Below are positions 34,358 to 43,657 of a stretch of 64,000 nt of DNA, one piece after another. Source of the DNA: an uncultured Dehalococcoidia bacterium (GTDB taxonomy: Bacteria > Chloroflexota > Dehalococcoidia > GIF9 > UBA5629); contig CALJTV010000005.1 in assembly GCA_937975645.1 (NCBI GenBank), positions 2,021 to 66,020 of the forward strand. The letters are read 5' to 3'. A program made the position numbers and the translations under genes. Numbering within the stretch: the stretch's first letter is position 1; each line of letters opens with the position of its first letter. The notes below the pieces were generated by a model that had not been told where the DNA came from, did not search any database, and worked only from the letters and a program-made list of their open reading frames with translations.

Positions 34358-35173
34358 ATGGAAGTTGACTACAAGAACCTGCCAGGAATTATCGACACGC
34401 ACGCCCACTTGGACGAGCTCGGCGACTTAGAAACAGCGCTTGAAGATGCCAGGCGAGCCGGTGTAATTGCCGTCATCGCTGTCGGCTCAAATCAAGCATC
34501 TAACGAGAAGGTCCTGGACATCTCCCACCGATACCAGCACTTCGTCTACCCTGCGCTGGGACTCCACCCCTGGGAGCTGGGAGACCTCGACCATAACAAG
34601 ATCAACGACATACTTAGATTCATCGAGCAAATGGGGCGGGAAATTGTAGCTATAGGCGAGATAGGACTGGACTACGATAAAAGAGTTACCAAAAGGGCAT
34701 CCAAAGGACTGCAACAGGCAGTCCTCAAGGATATTCTAGCACTTGCCCGACAATGCGGAAAGCCTCTGATACTGCACAGTCGCTATGCTTGGCAAGACTG
34801 TTTCCAGCTCGTGCAAGAAGCAGGCATCAACGCCAGAAAGGCAGTGTTCCACTGGTTTACCGGACTTTCCAGCGTACTCAGGAACATAATCAGCGCTGGC
34901 TATTTCATCTCCGCTACACCAGCTGCAGAATATCATGAGGAACACAGAAGGGCAGTGAAGGAAACCCCCATAGACAGGCTTCTCCTCGAAACGGACACGC
35001 CGGTGGTTTACGGTCGCGACGCGAAATACCATTCCCGACCTGCCGACATCGTCAGGAGCCTCAAGGCTGTTGCCGAGCTCAAAAAAATGGACGAGTCAAC
35101 CACAGCTTTGCGGACTACTGACAACGCACGAAACTTTTTCAATCTCCAAATACTACAGCACCCAAAACTGTAG
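34358..35173 (+). CDS. TatD-family metal-dependent hydrolase
   Basis: 'IDTHAHLDE', 'GLHPWE', 'IGEIGLDY', 'PLILHSR', 'LLLETDTP'. Confidence 0.85.
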   Translation: MEVDYKNLPGIIDTHAHLDELGDLETALEDARRAGVIAVIAVGSNQASNEKVLDISHRYQHFVYPALGLHPWELGDLDHNKINDILRFIEQMGREIVAIGEIGLDYDKRVTKRASKGLQQAVLKDILALARQCGKPLILHSRYAWQDCFQLVQEAGINARKAVFHWFTGLSSVLRNIISAGYFISATPAAEYHEEHRRAVKETPIDRLLLETDTPVVYGRDAKYHSRPADIVRSLKAVAELKKMDESTTALRTTDNARNFFNLQILQHPKL

Positions 35174-35264
35174 AAGAAGGTTGCCTCATCCAATTTGATT
35201 CTCCAACATCGTTCGATCACCAGAAACTTGCTCCAGTGGTTCGGAAATGTTATAAATTATCATC

Positions 35265-36293
35265 GTGAAGGCAGTCGTCCTTGTCGGCGGTGAAGGCACT
35301 AGACTACGTCCCCTCACTTACCATACAGTAAAAGCTATGGTGCCCATTTTGGACAGACCGTTTCTAGAATACTTACTGCGCCATCTAGTAGATCACAACG
35401 TCGACGAGATCATACTGGCTATGGGCTACAAACCAGACTCTATCAAGAGGTATTTCACCCGTACCCATAGTTTCCTACCTAAACTAGTCTACAGCATTGA
35501 GCCTGAGCCGCTGGGCACCGCTGGCGCCGTGAAATATGCTGAGCAACATCTGGACGATACTTTCTTTGTGCTCAATGGCGATGTCTTTACTACCGTCAAC
35601 CTCACTGCAATGCTCCGCTTCCATAAAGAGAGTGGTGCCAAGATAACCATCGCAGTGACGCCAGTGGAAGACCCAACACGTTTTGGAGTTATCGAGACTG
35701 ACTGCCAGCTCAGAATAAAAAGGTTCATTGAAAAGCCAAGGCGCGACCAGGTGACAACTAACAATATCAATGCTGGCATCTACATCCTCGAAAGGGAGGT
35801 GCTGGAACACATCCCCAGCGGCAAGCGCGTAATGTTTGAGCATGATGTGTTTCCCAAGCTCCTAAGTGCTGGTGAGCCACTCTATGCGTACCCCATAGAC
35901 GCCTACTGGATAGACATCGGCACACTGGAAAATTACCGTCAACTGAACTGTGACCTGCTCACCGGCAAGTGTCCATACCCTGGCTCGGAAACGGCAACAC
36001 TGAGGGTACCCAATGATTGCCTTGTCCACCCGCAAGCCAGATTCCACGGACCGGTTCTGGTAGGCGAGAAATGCAAGATTGGCTACGGTGTCCAGATCAT
36101 AGGTCCAACCGTCATCGGTGCGGGTTGCCAGATTGAAGATTGTGCTATAATAGAAAAGTCTATACTATGGCAACGTGTTACCGTTGGGAAGAACGCAGTG
36201 CTTAAGGACTGCATTGTAGCGAGTAACAGTTACATCGTTGATAGCAGCGGTCTCGAAGGGGTCGTCGTGACCCCTGAGCACCGGACTCCCTGA
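35265..36293 (+). CDS. Sugar-1-phosphate nucleotidyltransferase (mannose-1-P guanylyltransferase-like; NTP_transferase + left-handed beta-helix)
   Basis: 'MKAVVLVGGEGTRLRPLT', 'EPEPLGTAGA', 'FVLNGD', 'YWIDIGT', and C-terminal hexapeptide repeats. GTG start. Confidence 0.8.
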   Translation: MKAVVLVGGEGTRLRPLTYHTVKAMVPILDRPFLEYLLRHLVDHNVDEIILAMGYKPDSIKRYFTRTHSFLPKLVYSIEPEPLGTAGAVKYAEQHLDDTFFVLNGDVFTTVNLTAMLRFHKESGAKITIAVTPVEDPTRFGVIETDCQLRIKRFIEKPRRDQVTTNNINAGIYILEREVLEHIPSGKRVMFEHDVFPKLLSAGEPLYAYPIDAYWIDIGTLENYRQLNCDLLTGKCPYPGSETATLRVPNDCLVHPQARFHGPVLVGEKCKIGYGVQIIGPTVIGAGCQIEDCAIIEKSILWQRVTVGKNAVLKDCIVASNSYIVDSSGLEGVVVTPEHRTP

Positions 36294-36337
36294 ACAGCCA
36301 CCTCAGAACAGTCCATGGGATATTAGGAGGAAAAAGT

Positions 36338-36670
36338 ATGCCGCAGGAGATACACAGTATTGACCAGGAAAATTTCGACAAGGCTGTGCTCCAATCGAAC
36401 AAACCTGTACTGGTTGACTTCTGGGCGCCATGGTGCGCACCATGCCGGGCTATAGCCCCTATTATTGAAGAGTTGGCTAATGAATACCAAGGGAAAATGG
36501 AGTTCGCCAAAGTGAATGTTGACCAAGACCCGTTTATAGCCTCAAAATACGGGGTGATGAGTATCCCTACCCTAATCGTCTTTAAAAGTGGGAGGCCTGT
36601 GGAGCACGCCGTTGGTTACCAATCGAGAGAACAACTAAAAAAAATATTGGACAGAGCTCTGGGAAAGTAG
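36338..36670 (+). CDS. trxA: Thioredoxin
   Basis: 'VLVDFWAPWCAPCRAIAP', 'GVMSIPTLIVFKSG', 110 aa. GGAGGA lies before the ATG. Confidence 0.95.
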   Translation: MPQEIHSIDQENFDKAVLQSNKPVLVDFWAPWCAPCRAIAPIIEELANEYQGKMEFAKVNVDQDPFIASKYGVMSIPTLIVFKSGRPVEHAVGYQSREQLKKILDRALGK

Positions 36671-36676
36671 GAGACA

Positions 36677-37375
36677 ATGTCTGAAATCACTTACGCAGTT
36701 GCCTTCACTGGGGGGATACTCTCCTTCTTCTCCCCTTGCATCTTGCCACTTGTCCCAGCCTATATTGCCAGCCTAGCCGGCATAACCTCAATCGAGACCG
36801 CAGCGCGCCGCAATTATTTCCCCATAATTTTCCATAGCCTCAGCTTTGTACTTGGGTTCTCGCTGGTATTTACCTGCTTCGGCGCTTCAGTAGGGCTTAT
36901 CGGTACTGCCCTGATAGCCCATTCCGTCCTTTTGAGACAGATAGCCGGTTCCCTTATCATAGTCTTCGGTGCACTGATCATTGCTGCCTACAAGCTGTCC
37001 TGGCTCAACTATGAAAAAAACTTCGTTGGACACCTTAGGGGCAATCCGGGGTATCTCCGCTCACTTATCCTCGGCGCTGCCTTTGCCTTGGGATGGACTC
37101 CATGCGTAGGACCAGTGCTGGGTGCCATACTGGCTTTAGCTTGGAGCTCACATACCGCTGTACAGGGCGTGTACCTGCTAGCCATTTACTCACTTGGTCT
37201 GGGTATACCATTTATCCTACTCGGCGTCGCCTGGGGGGCTCTGGTACCGCTGTGGAGAGGTATCAACCGGTACCTAGGACCGATTTCCATAGCCAGCGGT
37301 ATTCTGCTCATTATCGTCGGCATCCTTATCCTTACCGGTAGCCTGGAATGGCTGGCTAGCTTCGTTAGCTGGTAA
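36677..37375 (+). CDS. ccdA: Cytochrome c biogenesis / thiol-disulfide electron transporter CcdA (DsbD TM-domain family)
   Basis: 'FFSPCILPLVPAYI' and 'GWTPCVGPVLGAIL', the two conserved Cys motifs, with six TM helices. Confidence 0.9.
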   Translation: MSEITYAVAFTGGILSFFSPCILPLVPAYIASLAGITSIETAARRNYFPIIFHSLSFVLGFSLVFTCFGASVGLIGTALIAHSVLLRQIAGSLIIVFGALIIAAYKLSWLNYEKNFVGHLRGNPGYLRSLILGAAFALGWTPCVGPVLGAILALAWSSHTAVQGVYLLAIYSLGLGIPFILLGVAWGALVPLWRGINRYLGPISIASGILLIIVGILILTGSLEWLASFVSW

Positions 37376-37420
37376 CTATCTGCCACAAGAAACTAAAAAT
37401 CGCGGAGAATACTAAGAATT

Positions 37421-37933
37421 ATGTCAAAAATAAAGAAAACAAGTGTAAACCTTGTCCTCAGTACTTTGTTGTTAGCTTTCCTAGCCGCCGGGTGCGGGGC
37501 TACAGGCACTATCCCCCAAGTAGGCGATAAGGCACCAGACTTCACTTTGAAAGACCTCAACGGCAATACTGTCCGTCTGAGCCAGTTCCAGGGGAAAACA
37601 GTGCTCCTGGTATTTGCTAGCATCAACTGTAAGGGCTGCGAGGACCAGATGCCCCACCTTGTCACCGTAGCTCAGCAGGAAAAGGAAAACCTTGTCGTCA
37701 TTGAAGTCTATCAGTTCAACGGCACCAACCTGGTGCGGGACTATGTCACCAGAAAAGGATATGTGCATTTTCCTGCTCTTCCTGACCCCAAGGGTGAAAT
37801 AGCTACAAAATACGGTGCCGCCCGCAATCCACCAACAAATTTCATCATAGACAAAAGTGGCACTATTAAATACAGAAAAATCGGTCCCTTCGAAAGCCCC
37901 GAGGAGATAAGCTCCGTCATCAGTTCACTGTAG
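37421..37933 (+). CDS. TlpA/ResA-like thiol-disulfide oxidoreductase lipoprotein
   Basis: Lipobox 'LLAFLAAGC|G'. 'APDFTLKDLNGNTVRLSQFQGKTVLLVFASINCKGCEDQMP' (CxxC). Confidence 0.85.
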   Translation: MSKIKKTSVNLVLSTLLLAFLAAGCGATGTIPQVGDKAPDFTLKDLNGNTVRLSQFQGKTVLLVFASINCKGCEDQMPHLVTVAQQEKENLVVIEVYQFNGTNLVRDYVTRKGYVHFPALPDPKGEIATKYGAARNPPTNFIIDKSGTIKYRKIGPFESPEEISSVISSL

Positions 37934-37968
37934 CCAGACACCATAGGTATAAAGCTATTCTTCCTGCC

Positions 37969-38232
37969 ATGCCAGTAGAACATGAGGTGAGCATTACCGT
38001 CAGGGTGGACACCATTAGGGATGGCACACATGGGATCACCCTAACCACCCCTGACAAACTACTGGGGGAATTGCCCGATAGCAGGGCTGCATTGCTTAGT
38101 CTGAAAGATGACTTGACCGTGTGTATTTATGGGAAAGGCGGTGACCAGCACTACTTGCTCGCCATGCCAGGGACACCAATTCGAGGCAAGCAAATATCTG
38201 ACACCGAAGCAGTCATCGTCGTCCGGTTGTAG
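37969..38232 (+). CDS. Hypothetical protein (87 aa)
   Basis: The ORF has a plausible position after the TlpA-like gene. I recognise no motifs and see no clear RBS. Confidence 0.3.
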   Translation: MPVEHEVSITVRVDTIRDGTHGITLTTPDKLLGELPDSRAALLSLKDDLTVCIYGKGGDQHYLLAMPGTPIRGKQISDTEAVIVVRL

Positions 38233-38245
38233 CCCTACCACAAGT

Positions 38246-38836
38246 TCACCAGGAAACCACGTAGCGCACGATAGTATCGTCGCGCGGCGCCGGGGTAAAG
38301 CCATTAATCCGCGAGTAGCTTTCCCCTACCACCAGTCTAACCTCACGGTCAAACTGCGGCTCAATGAACACCAAGCCCCTGTCTGTAGTATCAAAGGCAA
38401 CTATGGTATGCCCGTAGCCTTCGGGATAGAAAATATCTACTATGGCACACCTGATGCCCCTCTCCTCAGCATTGTTATTTACCTCAGTGGTAAAATCCAC
38501 GCATACATAGGCCCCCTCCTCATAAGTTCGCAAGTTTGTGATGTCCTCAGCTAGAAACTTCTTCATCTCCTGATAGGTAGGGTTACGCAAAACAATGATG
38601 CCCTCCCCAGTAGCCAACTGTGGAGCTGACTTATACCTCTCCCAGCTGGCTGTGTACCCGGACTCATACCCAGCCTGATAGCCCTCTTCCCTGCCCTGTT
38701 CATAGCCCTGAGTGAAACCGACTGCCCGAGCGACCTTGTAGCCATAAGAATAACCCAAGAACCCGGAGCCACCGCATAGCATGACAAAGGCTAAAAGCAG
38801 TCCCAGCACCGTAGCAAGTCTTTGCCCCTGGTCCAT
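38246..38836 (-). CDS. Membrane-anchored hypothetical protein with a G/Y/E/Q-rich linker and a C-terminal domain carrying a possible Cys-His-Asp arrangement
   Basis: ATG 38836 is preceded by GGGAGG. TM 'LATVLGLLLAFVMLCGG'. Linker 'GFTQGYEQGREEGYQAGYESGY'. C-terminal 'YVCVDF...GYGHTIVAFDTTDRG'. Confidence 0.5.
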   Translation of the reverse strand: MDQGQRLATVLGLLLAFVMLCGGSGFLGYSYGYKVARAVGFTQGYEQGREEGYQAGYESGYTASWERYKSAPQLATGEGIIVLRNPTYQEMKKFLAEDITNLRTYEEGAYVCVDFTTEVNNNAEERGIRCAIVDIFYPEGYGHTIVAFDTTDRGLVFIEPQFDREVRLVVGESYSRINGFTPAPRDDTIVRYVVSW

Positions 38837-38977
38837 GTTAAGCCTCCCATACCAAATCTCCGACAGTTCTTCGCCCAGTTTAACCGCTTGCTTTCCGAAT
38901 GGCAAATGATAAATCTACCTTGACGGTAAACATCAAATAGAGTAGGCTATTATGTTACTAAAAGGGGATTATCAGCC

Positions 38978-39334
38978 TTGTGGTGCCGCGGTATCAGAGG
39001 TGCAACTATAGTAACAGAGAATACCAAGGAAGCTATCTTGGCTGCCAGCAAGGAACTGCTTGAAGCTATGGTCAGGGCAAACGAAATAAAAAGCGATGAT
39101 ATTGCCTGTATCTGGTTTACCACCACTCCAGACCTCAATGCAGCCTTCCCGGCAGCCGCTGCTCGTGATATTGGCTGGAGCAATGTTGCTCTGCTTTGCA
39201 GCCACGAAATGAACGTGCCTAATTCTCTCCCCTGTTGCCTGCGAATTCTAATGCTCGTCAATACCACCAAAAGGAGTGATGAAATAGTCCATGTGTATTT
39301 GAAAGGGACCGAGGTACTAAAAGAAGGGGTGTAG
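38978..39334 (+). CDS. aroH: Chorismate mutase, AroH class
   Basis: '(M)[20 protein letters not shown]...[17 protein letters not shown]...[10 protein letters not shown]...HVYLKG' is collinear with B. subtilis AroH ('MMIRGIRGATTV...SATPDLHAVFPAKAVR'). TTG start. Confidence 0.85.
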   Translation: MWCRGIRGATIVTENTKEAILAASKELLEAMVRANEIKSDDIACIWFTTTPDLNAAFPAAAARDIGWSNVALLCSHEMNVPNSLPCCLRILMLVNTTKRSDEIVHVYLKGTEVLKEGV

Positions 39335-39341
39335 GCAAGAA

Positions 39342-40382
39342 ATGATAGTGGTGATGAGAGTGGGCGCAACTGAAAAAGAAATTGCCGGGGTGGTACAGCG
39401 CATCGAGGACACCGGCTTGAAGGCCCATCTATCTCAGGGTGCCGAGAGGACCATCATCGGTGTCGTCGGGCAAATATTTCCAGAGTTACAGGATATGCTG
39501 GAAATACTCCCAGGGGTGGAAGATGTCATCAGGGTTAGTAAGCCATACAAACTCGCCAGCCGCGAATTCCACCCTATTGATACCATAATCAACGTTGGCG
39601 GTGTCAGCATCGGCGGTAAAGAGGTGGTGGTGATGGCTGGTCCCTGTGCCATAGAAAGCGAAGAACAGGTCATCGAAACAGCCAGAGCTGTTAAGTCCGC
39701 TGGCGCCACCATTCTTCGAGGGGGTGCCTACAAGCCAAGCACCTCGCCTTACAGCTTCCGTGGGTTGGGCAGAGTTGGTCTGGAACTGCTGGCAAAAGCA
39801 AGAGAGGCGACCGGCTTGCCCATTGTCACCGAAGTTATGGCACCTGAAGACGTAGAACTGGTGGCAGAGTATGCTGACATTCTACAAATAGGCGCACGGA
39901 ATATGCAAAATTTCAACCTCCTTGTAGAGGTGGGAAAAACAACTAAGCCGGTCATGCTCAAGCGGGGACTTTCAGCTACAATTCAGGAATGGCTGCTGGC
40001 TGCGGAATACATACTAGCTCAAGGCAACAACCAGCTCATGCTCTGTGAGCGTGGGATCAGGACCTTCGAGACATATACCCGCAATACTTTTGACGTAAGC
40101 TCCATACCTATAATCGAAAAGGTCAGCCATCTGCCAATAATCGCTGACCCGAGCCATGGCACTGGCAAATGGTACCTGGTAACTCCAATGGCACTGGCTG
40201 CGGTAGCCGCTGGTGCCGACGGTATCATGGTCGAGGTGCATCCCAATCCAGACTCAGCCCTCAAAGATGGTGCGCAGTCGCTAACCTTCGACAATTTCCG
40301 TCGCCTGATGGCTCAACTACAACCAATAGCTGAAGCCGTTGGTAGACGGTTGGCTGCTCCTCAAGAAAAATGTCTTCGCTAA
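39342..40382 (+). CDS. 3-deoxy-7-phosphoheptulonate (DAHP) synthase, type I-beta, with an N-terminal ferredoxin-like regulatory domain
   Basis: N-terminal '[42 protein letters not shown]'. Catalytic 'GPCAIES', '[17 protein letters not shown]', '[10 protein letters not shown]', 'KRG', 'DPSHG'. Confidence 0.9.
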   Translation: MIVVMRVGATEKEIAGVVQRIEDTGLKAHLSQGAERTIIGVVGQIFPELQDMLEILPGVEDVIRVSKPYKLASREFHPIDTIINVGGVSIGGKEVVVMAGPCAIESEEQVIETARAVKSAGATILRGGAYKPSTSPYSFRGLGRVGLELLAKAREATGLPIVTEVMAPEDVELVAEYADILQIGARNMQNFNLLVEVGKTTKPVMLKRGLSATIQEWLLAAEYILAQGNNQLMLCERGIRTFETYTRNTFDVSSIPIIEKVSHLPIIADPSHGTGKWYLVTPMALAAVAAGADGIMVEVHPNPDSALKDGAQSLTFDNFRRLMAQLQPIAEAVGRRLAAPQEKCLR

Positions 40383-40388
40383 ACTGTA

Positions 40389-41327
40389 ATGAAAAAAGCT
40401 AGCACCCACATTGAAAAAGAGCTGGTGAAGTTCAAGCCACAGAAAGAGGCCCTTCTATCCATCGGCATCTTCGATGGCGTACATCTGGGACATCAGCGTC
40501 TGCTTTCATATCTAAAACGACAGGCGGAAAGCAAGAATTGCCTCAGCGGCGTGGTTACCTTCAAAACTCACCCTGAGTCAGTACTCTCATCGGGGACTAC
40601 CGTACCCTGGCTAGTCCAACTCGAGGACAGAGTAGCCCTGATCCGCGAAATCGGCATAGACATCATCGTCGTCCTGCCCTTCACTTTAGAACTTTCCCGT
40701 CTCAGCGCTAGAGAATTCATACAGATATTAAAAAAAAGTCTCAAGATGTGCGGGTTGATAATCGGTCCCGATTTTGCGCTGGGCAGAAACCGGGAGGGTA
40801 ACATAGAAAACCTGCGTTCACTGGGCAGAGAGCTCGGTTTCTCGGTTGAGGTTTTCCCGTCCGTAACTCTGGATGGCACCATAATCAGCAGCAGTATTAT
40901 CCGCCGATCCCTGCTTCAAGGCGATATTAAAAAGGTTGAGAGACTGGTCGGACGCCGCTTCAGTATCAAGGGACAAGTTATCAGCGGTGACCGGCGTGGT
41001 ACGACGCTCGGGTTTCCTACCGCCAACCTCAAAATTGAACCTGACCAGGCGTTGCCCGCTGATGGAGTTTATGCTACAATGGTCTACATTGACCGCCAGC
41101 CGCTACCGGCAGTAACCAATATTGGCGTCCGTCCCACATTTGGCGGCAATGAACGCTTCGTGGAGACCCATGTGCTTGATTATAGCGGCAACCTGCTAGG
41201 TCAGCAGCTCAAGGTCGAGTTCCTGGAAAGGATAAGAGAAGAAAAGCGCTTTGCCACTGCGGAGGACCTGAAAGCACAGATCATCAAGGACATCGAAAAG
41301 GCAAGGAAAATCTTGGCTGGACAATAA
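40389..41327 (+). CDS. ribF: Bifunctional riboflavin kinase / FMN adenylyltransferase
   Basis: 'SIGIFDGVHLGHQ', 'GPDFALG', 'ISSS.IR', 'GDRRGTTLGFPTANL', 'GVYA', 'NIG.RPTF', 'ETHVLD'. Confidence 0.9.
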   Translation: MKKASTHIEKELVKFKPQKEALLSIGIFDGVHLGHQRLLSYLKRQAESKNCLSGVVTFKTHPESVLSSGTTVPWLVQLEDRVALIREIGIDIIVVLPFTLELSRLSAREFIQILKKSLKMCGLIIGPDFALGRNREGNIENLRSLGRELGFSVEVFPSVTLDGTIISSSIIRRSLLQGDIKKVERLVGRRFSIKGQVISGDRRGTTLGFPTANLKIEPDQALPADGVYATMVYIDRQPLPAVTNIGVRPTFGGNERFVETHVLDYSGNLLGQQLKVEFLERIREEKRFATAEDLKAQIIKDIEKARKILAGQ

Positions 41328-41328
41328 A

Positions 41329-42513
41329 ATGGACAGGGCTCTCAGGCAGCTCCTGAAACGTGGCGTAGCCGAAATAATCGCAGAGTCTGAGTTGTTGGAA
41401 TTGCTGGAATCCGGCAGACCGCTCAGACTTAAGCAAGGCTTCGACCCCAGTTGCCCCGATATTCACCTAGGACATGTGGTCGGCTTAAGAAAACTACGCC
41501 AGTTTCAGGAACTTGGGCACAAGGTAATACTCATCGTAGGGGACTGGACAGCACAGATCGGTGACCCGACCGGTGTTTCCAGCACCCGCCCCATGCTTAC
41601 ACCCGACGAGGTACGCACCAATGCCCAGACATATATGGACCAGTTCTTCAAAGTGGTGGACAAAGACAAAACTGAGGTGAGATGGCAAAGTGAGTGGTTC
41701 GGTAAATTCGGTCTAGAGGACGTCATAAAGCTTACCAGTAAGTTTACCGTCGCCCAGTTCCTGGCTAGGGAAGACTTCAGTAAACGGTATGCTTCAGGGC
41801 GTCCGATTGCCCTCACCGAACTGCTCTACCCTCTACTTCAGGCTTATGACTCAGTCGCCATAGAAGCTGATGTCGAGTTCGGCGGCACTGACCAGAAGTT
41901 CAATTGCCTTGTGGGTAGAGAGCTGCAGCAAATGTTGGGACAAAAGCCACAGCAAATCCTGCTCGTGCCGCTCCTCATCGGCACCGATGGTAGCCAGAAA
42001 ATGAGTAAAAGTTTGGGGAACTACATCGGTATCGATGAGCCACCTAATGAAATGTATGGCAAAGTCATGTCCGTTCCGGACAGCCTTATCTTGGACTACT
42101 TTGAGCTACTCACCGATGTCAGCGATGAGGAAATCTCTGAATACGCTAATAAAATGTCCAGCGGTGAAATCAATCCCATGGTCGTTAAGAAGCGCCTCGC
42201 TTTTGAAATTGTGTCCCAGTTCCACAGCATAAAAGCCGCACAGCAGGCTGAGGAATACTTTACCAAAGTATTTCAAAGGCGAGAAGCCCCGGACGAGGTC
42301 GTCCCACTCATAGGGCTATCAGGTGACAACGTCACACTGACCATTGCCCTAACACGCGCCGGCTTGACCAAGAGCCGCTCCGAAGCCCGGCGGCTCCTCG
42401 AACAGGGAGCTATAGAGGTCAACGGCGAAAAGCTCACTGAAGACCTTGAACTATCCAGCATTGCTAAGGGAAGCGTAATCAAGGTCGGCAAACGCCGCTT
42501 TGCCTCTGTGTGA
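41329..42513 (+). CDS. tyrS: Tyrosine--tRNA ligase
   Basis: 'GFDPSCPDIHLGH' (HIGH), 'KMSKSLGN' (KMSKS), and a C-terminal S4-like 'SRSEARRLLEQGAIEVNGEK'. Confidence 0.9.
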   Translation: MDRALRQLLKRGVAEIIAESELLELLESGRPLRLKQGFDPSCPDIHLGHVVGLRKLRQFQELGHKVILIVGDWTAQIGDPTGVSSTRPMLTPDEVRTNAQTYMDQFFKVVDKDKTEVRWQSEWFGKFGLEDVIKLTSKFTVAQFLAREDFSKRYASGRPIALTELLYPLLQAYDSVAIEADVEFGGTDQKFNCLVGRELQQMLGQKPQQILLVPLLIGTDGSQKMSKSLGNYIGIDEPPNEMYGKVMSVPDSLILDYFELLTDVSDEEISEYANKMSSGEINPMVVKKRLAFEIVSQFHSIKAAQQAEEYFTKVFQRREAPDEVVPLIGLSGDNVTLTIALTRAGLTKSRSEARRLLEQGAIEVNGEKLTEDLELSSIAKGSVIKVGKRRFASV

Positions 42514-42543
42514 AAACACCGACAAGAAGGAGGACTTGGAACA

Positions 42544-43623
42544 ATGCAGCTAAGAATACCAGGACCAACCCCATGCCCACCACAGGTGCTAAAAGCCGTG
42601 GGGGGGCAGATGATAGACCATCGAGGTGACAAGTTTGCCCAGATCATCCGTGACATCACCGAGAAACTTCAAAAACTCTTCCAGACAAAAAACGACGTTT
42701 TTGTCCTCACAGGTTCAGGCACCGGTGGCATGGAGGCTGCCGTGGTCAATACCTTGTCCCCGGGCGATAAAGTGCTGGCGCTCTCCTGTGGTTTCTTTGG
42801 CGACCGCTTCGCTGAAATCCCGGAGTGTTATGGTGCCGAGGTAAAAAAGTTAAACTTTGAATGGGGTAAACCAGTTGACCCAGATGCCGTCCGCAAAGCC
42901 CTTAAAGAGGATGCCGGCATAAAGGCAGTGTTGGTCACCCATAATGAGACGTCTACCGGCGTCACCAATGATCTCAAAGCAATAAGCAGTGTGGCTAAAG
43001 AGTTCGACAAACTTGTCCTCGTCGATGCCATCAGCAGCCTCGGTTCCATTGAACTACCAGTTGATGAATGGCAGTGCGATGTGGTGGTCACCGCCTCACA
43101 GAAGGGCTGGATGGTCCCTCCAGGACTAGCGATGGTCAGCGTCAGTAAAAGAGCTTGGGAGGCACACGCAAAAGCCAAAATGCCTAGGTACTACTGGGAC
43201 TTTACCAAAGCCAAAAACTACCTGGAAAGGGGACAAACACCTTGGACACCCTGCGTCTCCACGTTCTTTGGCTTGACCGTCGCCCTGGACATGTTGCTTG
43301 CTGAAGGCTTGAGCAATGTCATTGCCCGCCATGCCAGGATCGCCGATTTCACCCGCCGGGGTGTGAAATCCCTGGGCTTGTCCCTTTTCCCCGAAGAAAA
43401 ATACGCTTCCAACACAGTGACCGCGGTAAAGGCTCCAGAGAAACTCACCGTATCAAAGTTCCTGCAGGTACTCAGAGACGAATACCAGGTCGTGCTTTCG
43501 GGCGGTCAGGGCAACCTGTCAGGAAAGATCTTCCGCATTGGACACCTCGGCTGGGTACAGGAAAAAGACATGAAAGAAGTACTTAAAGCGGTATCCAAAG
43601 CCCTTCCCAAGGCAAGCGCATAG
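42544..43623 (+). CDS. Class V aminotransferase (serine-pyruvate / phosphoserine aminotransferase-like)
   Basis: 'IPGPTPCPPQVL', 'VTHNETSTGV', 'VDAISSLG', 'ASQKGW' (PLP Lys). It is adjacent to serA. Confidence 0.8.
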   Translation: MQLRIPGPTPCPPQVLKAVGGQMIDHRGDKFAQIIRDITEKLQKLFQTKNDVFVLTGSGTGGMEAAVVNTLSPGDKVLALSCGFFGDRFAEIPECYGAEVKKLNFEWGKPVDPDAVRKALKEDAGIKAVLVTHNETSTGVTNDLKAISSVAKEFDKLVLVDAISSLGSIELPVDEWQCDVVVTASQKGWMVPPGLAMVSVSKRAWEAHAKAKMPRYYWDFTKAKNYLERGQTPWTPCVSTFFGLTVALDMLLAEGLSNVIARHARIADFTRRGVKSLGLSLFPEEKYASNTVTAVKAPEKLTVSKFLQVLRDEYQVVLSGGQGNLSGKIFRIGHLGWVQEKDMKEVLKAVSKALPKASA

Positions 43624-43657
43624 TACAAGATACAGTTACCAATATGAGGAAACCATT

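Noticed and set aside
35225-35267. TTGCTC-17-TATAAA promoter-like element ending 8 nt before the GTG start of the nucleotidyltransferase gene (a second leaderless candidate)
   Set aside because: The -35 is weak. A leaderless mRNA starting with GTG is not expected to be translated efficiently. The evidence is insufficient to report it as a feature.
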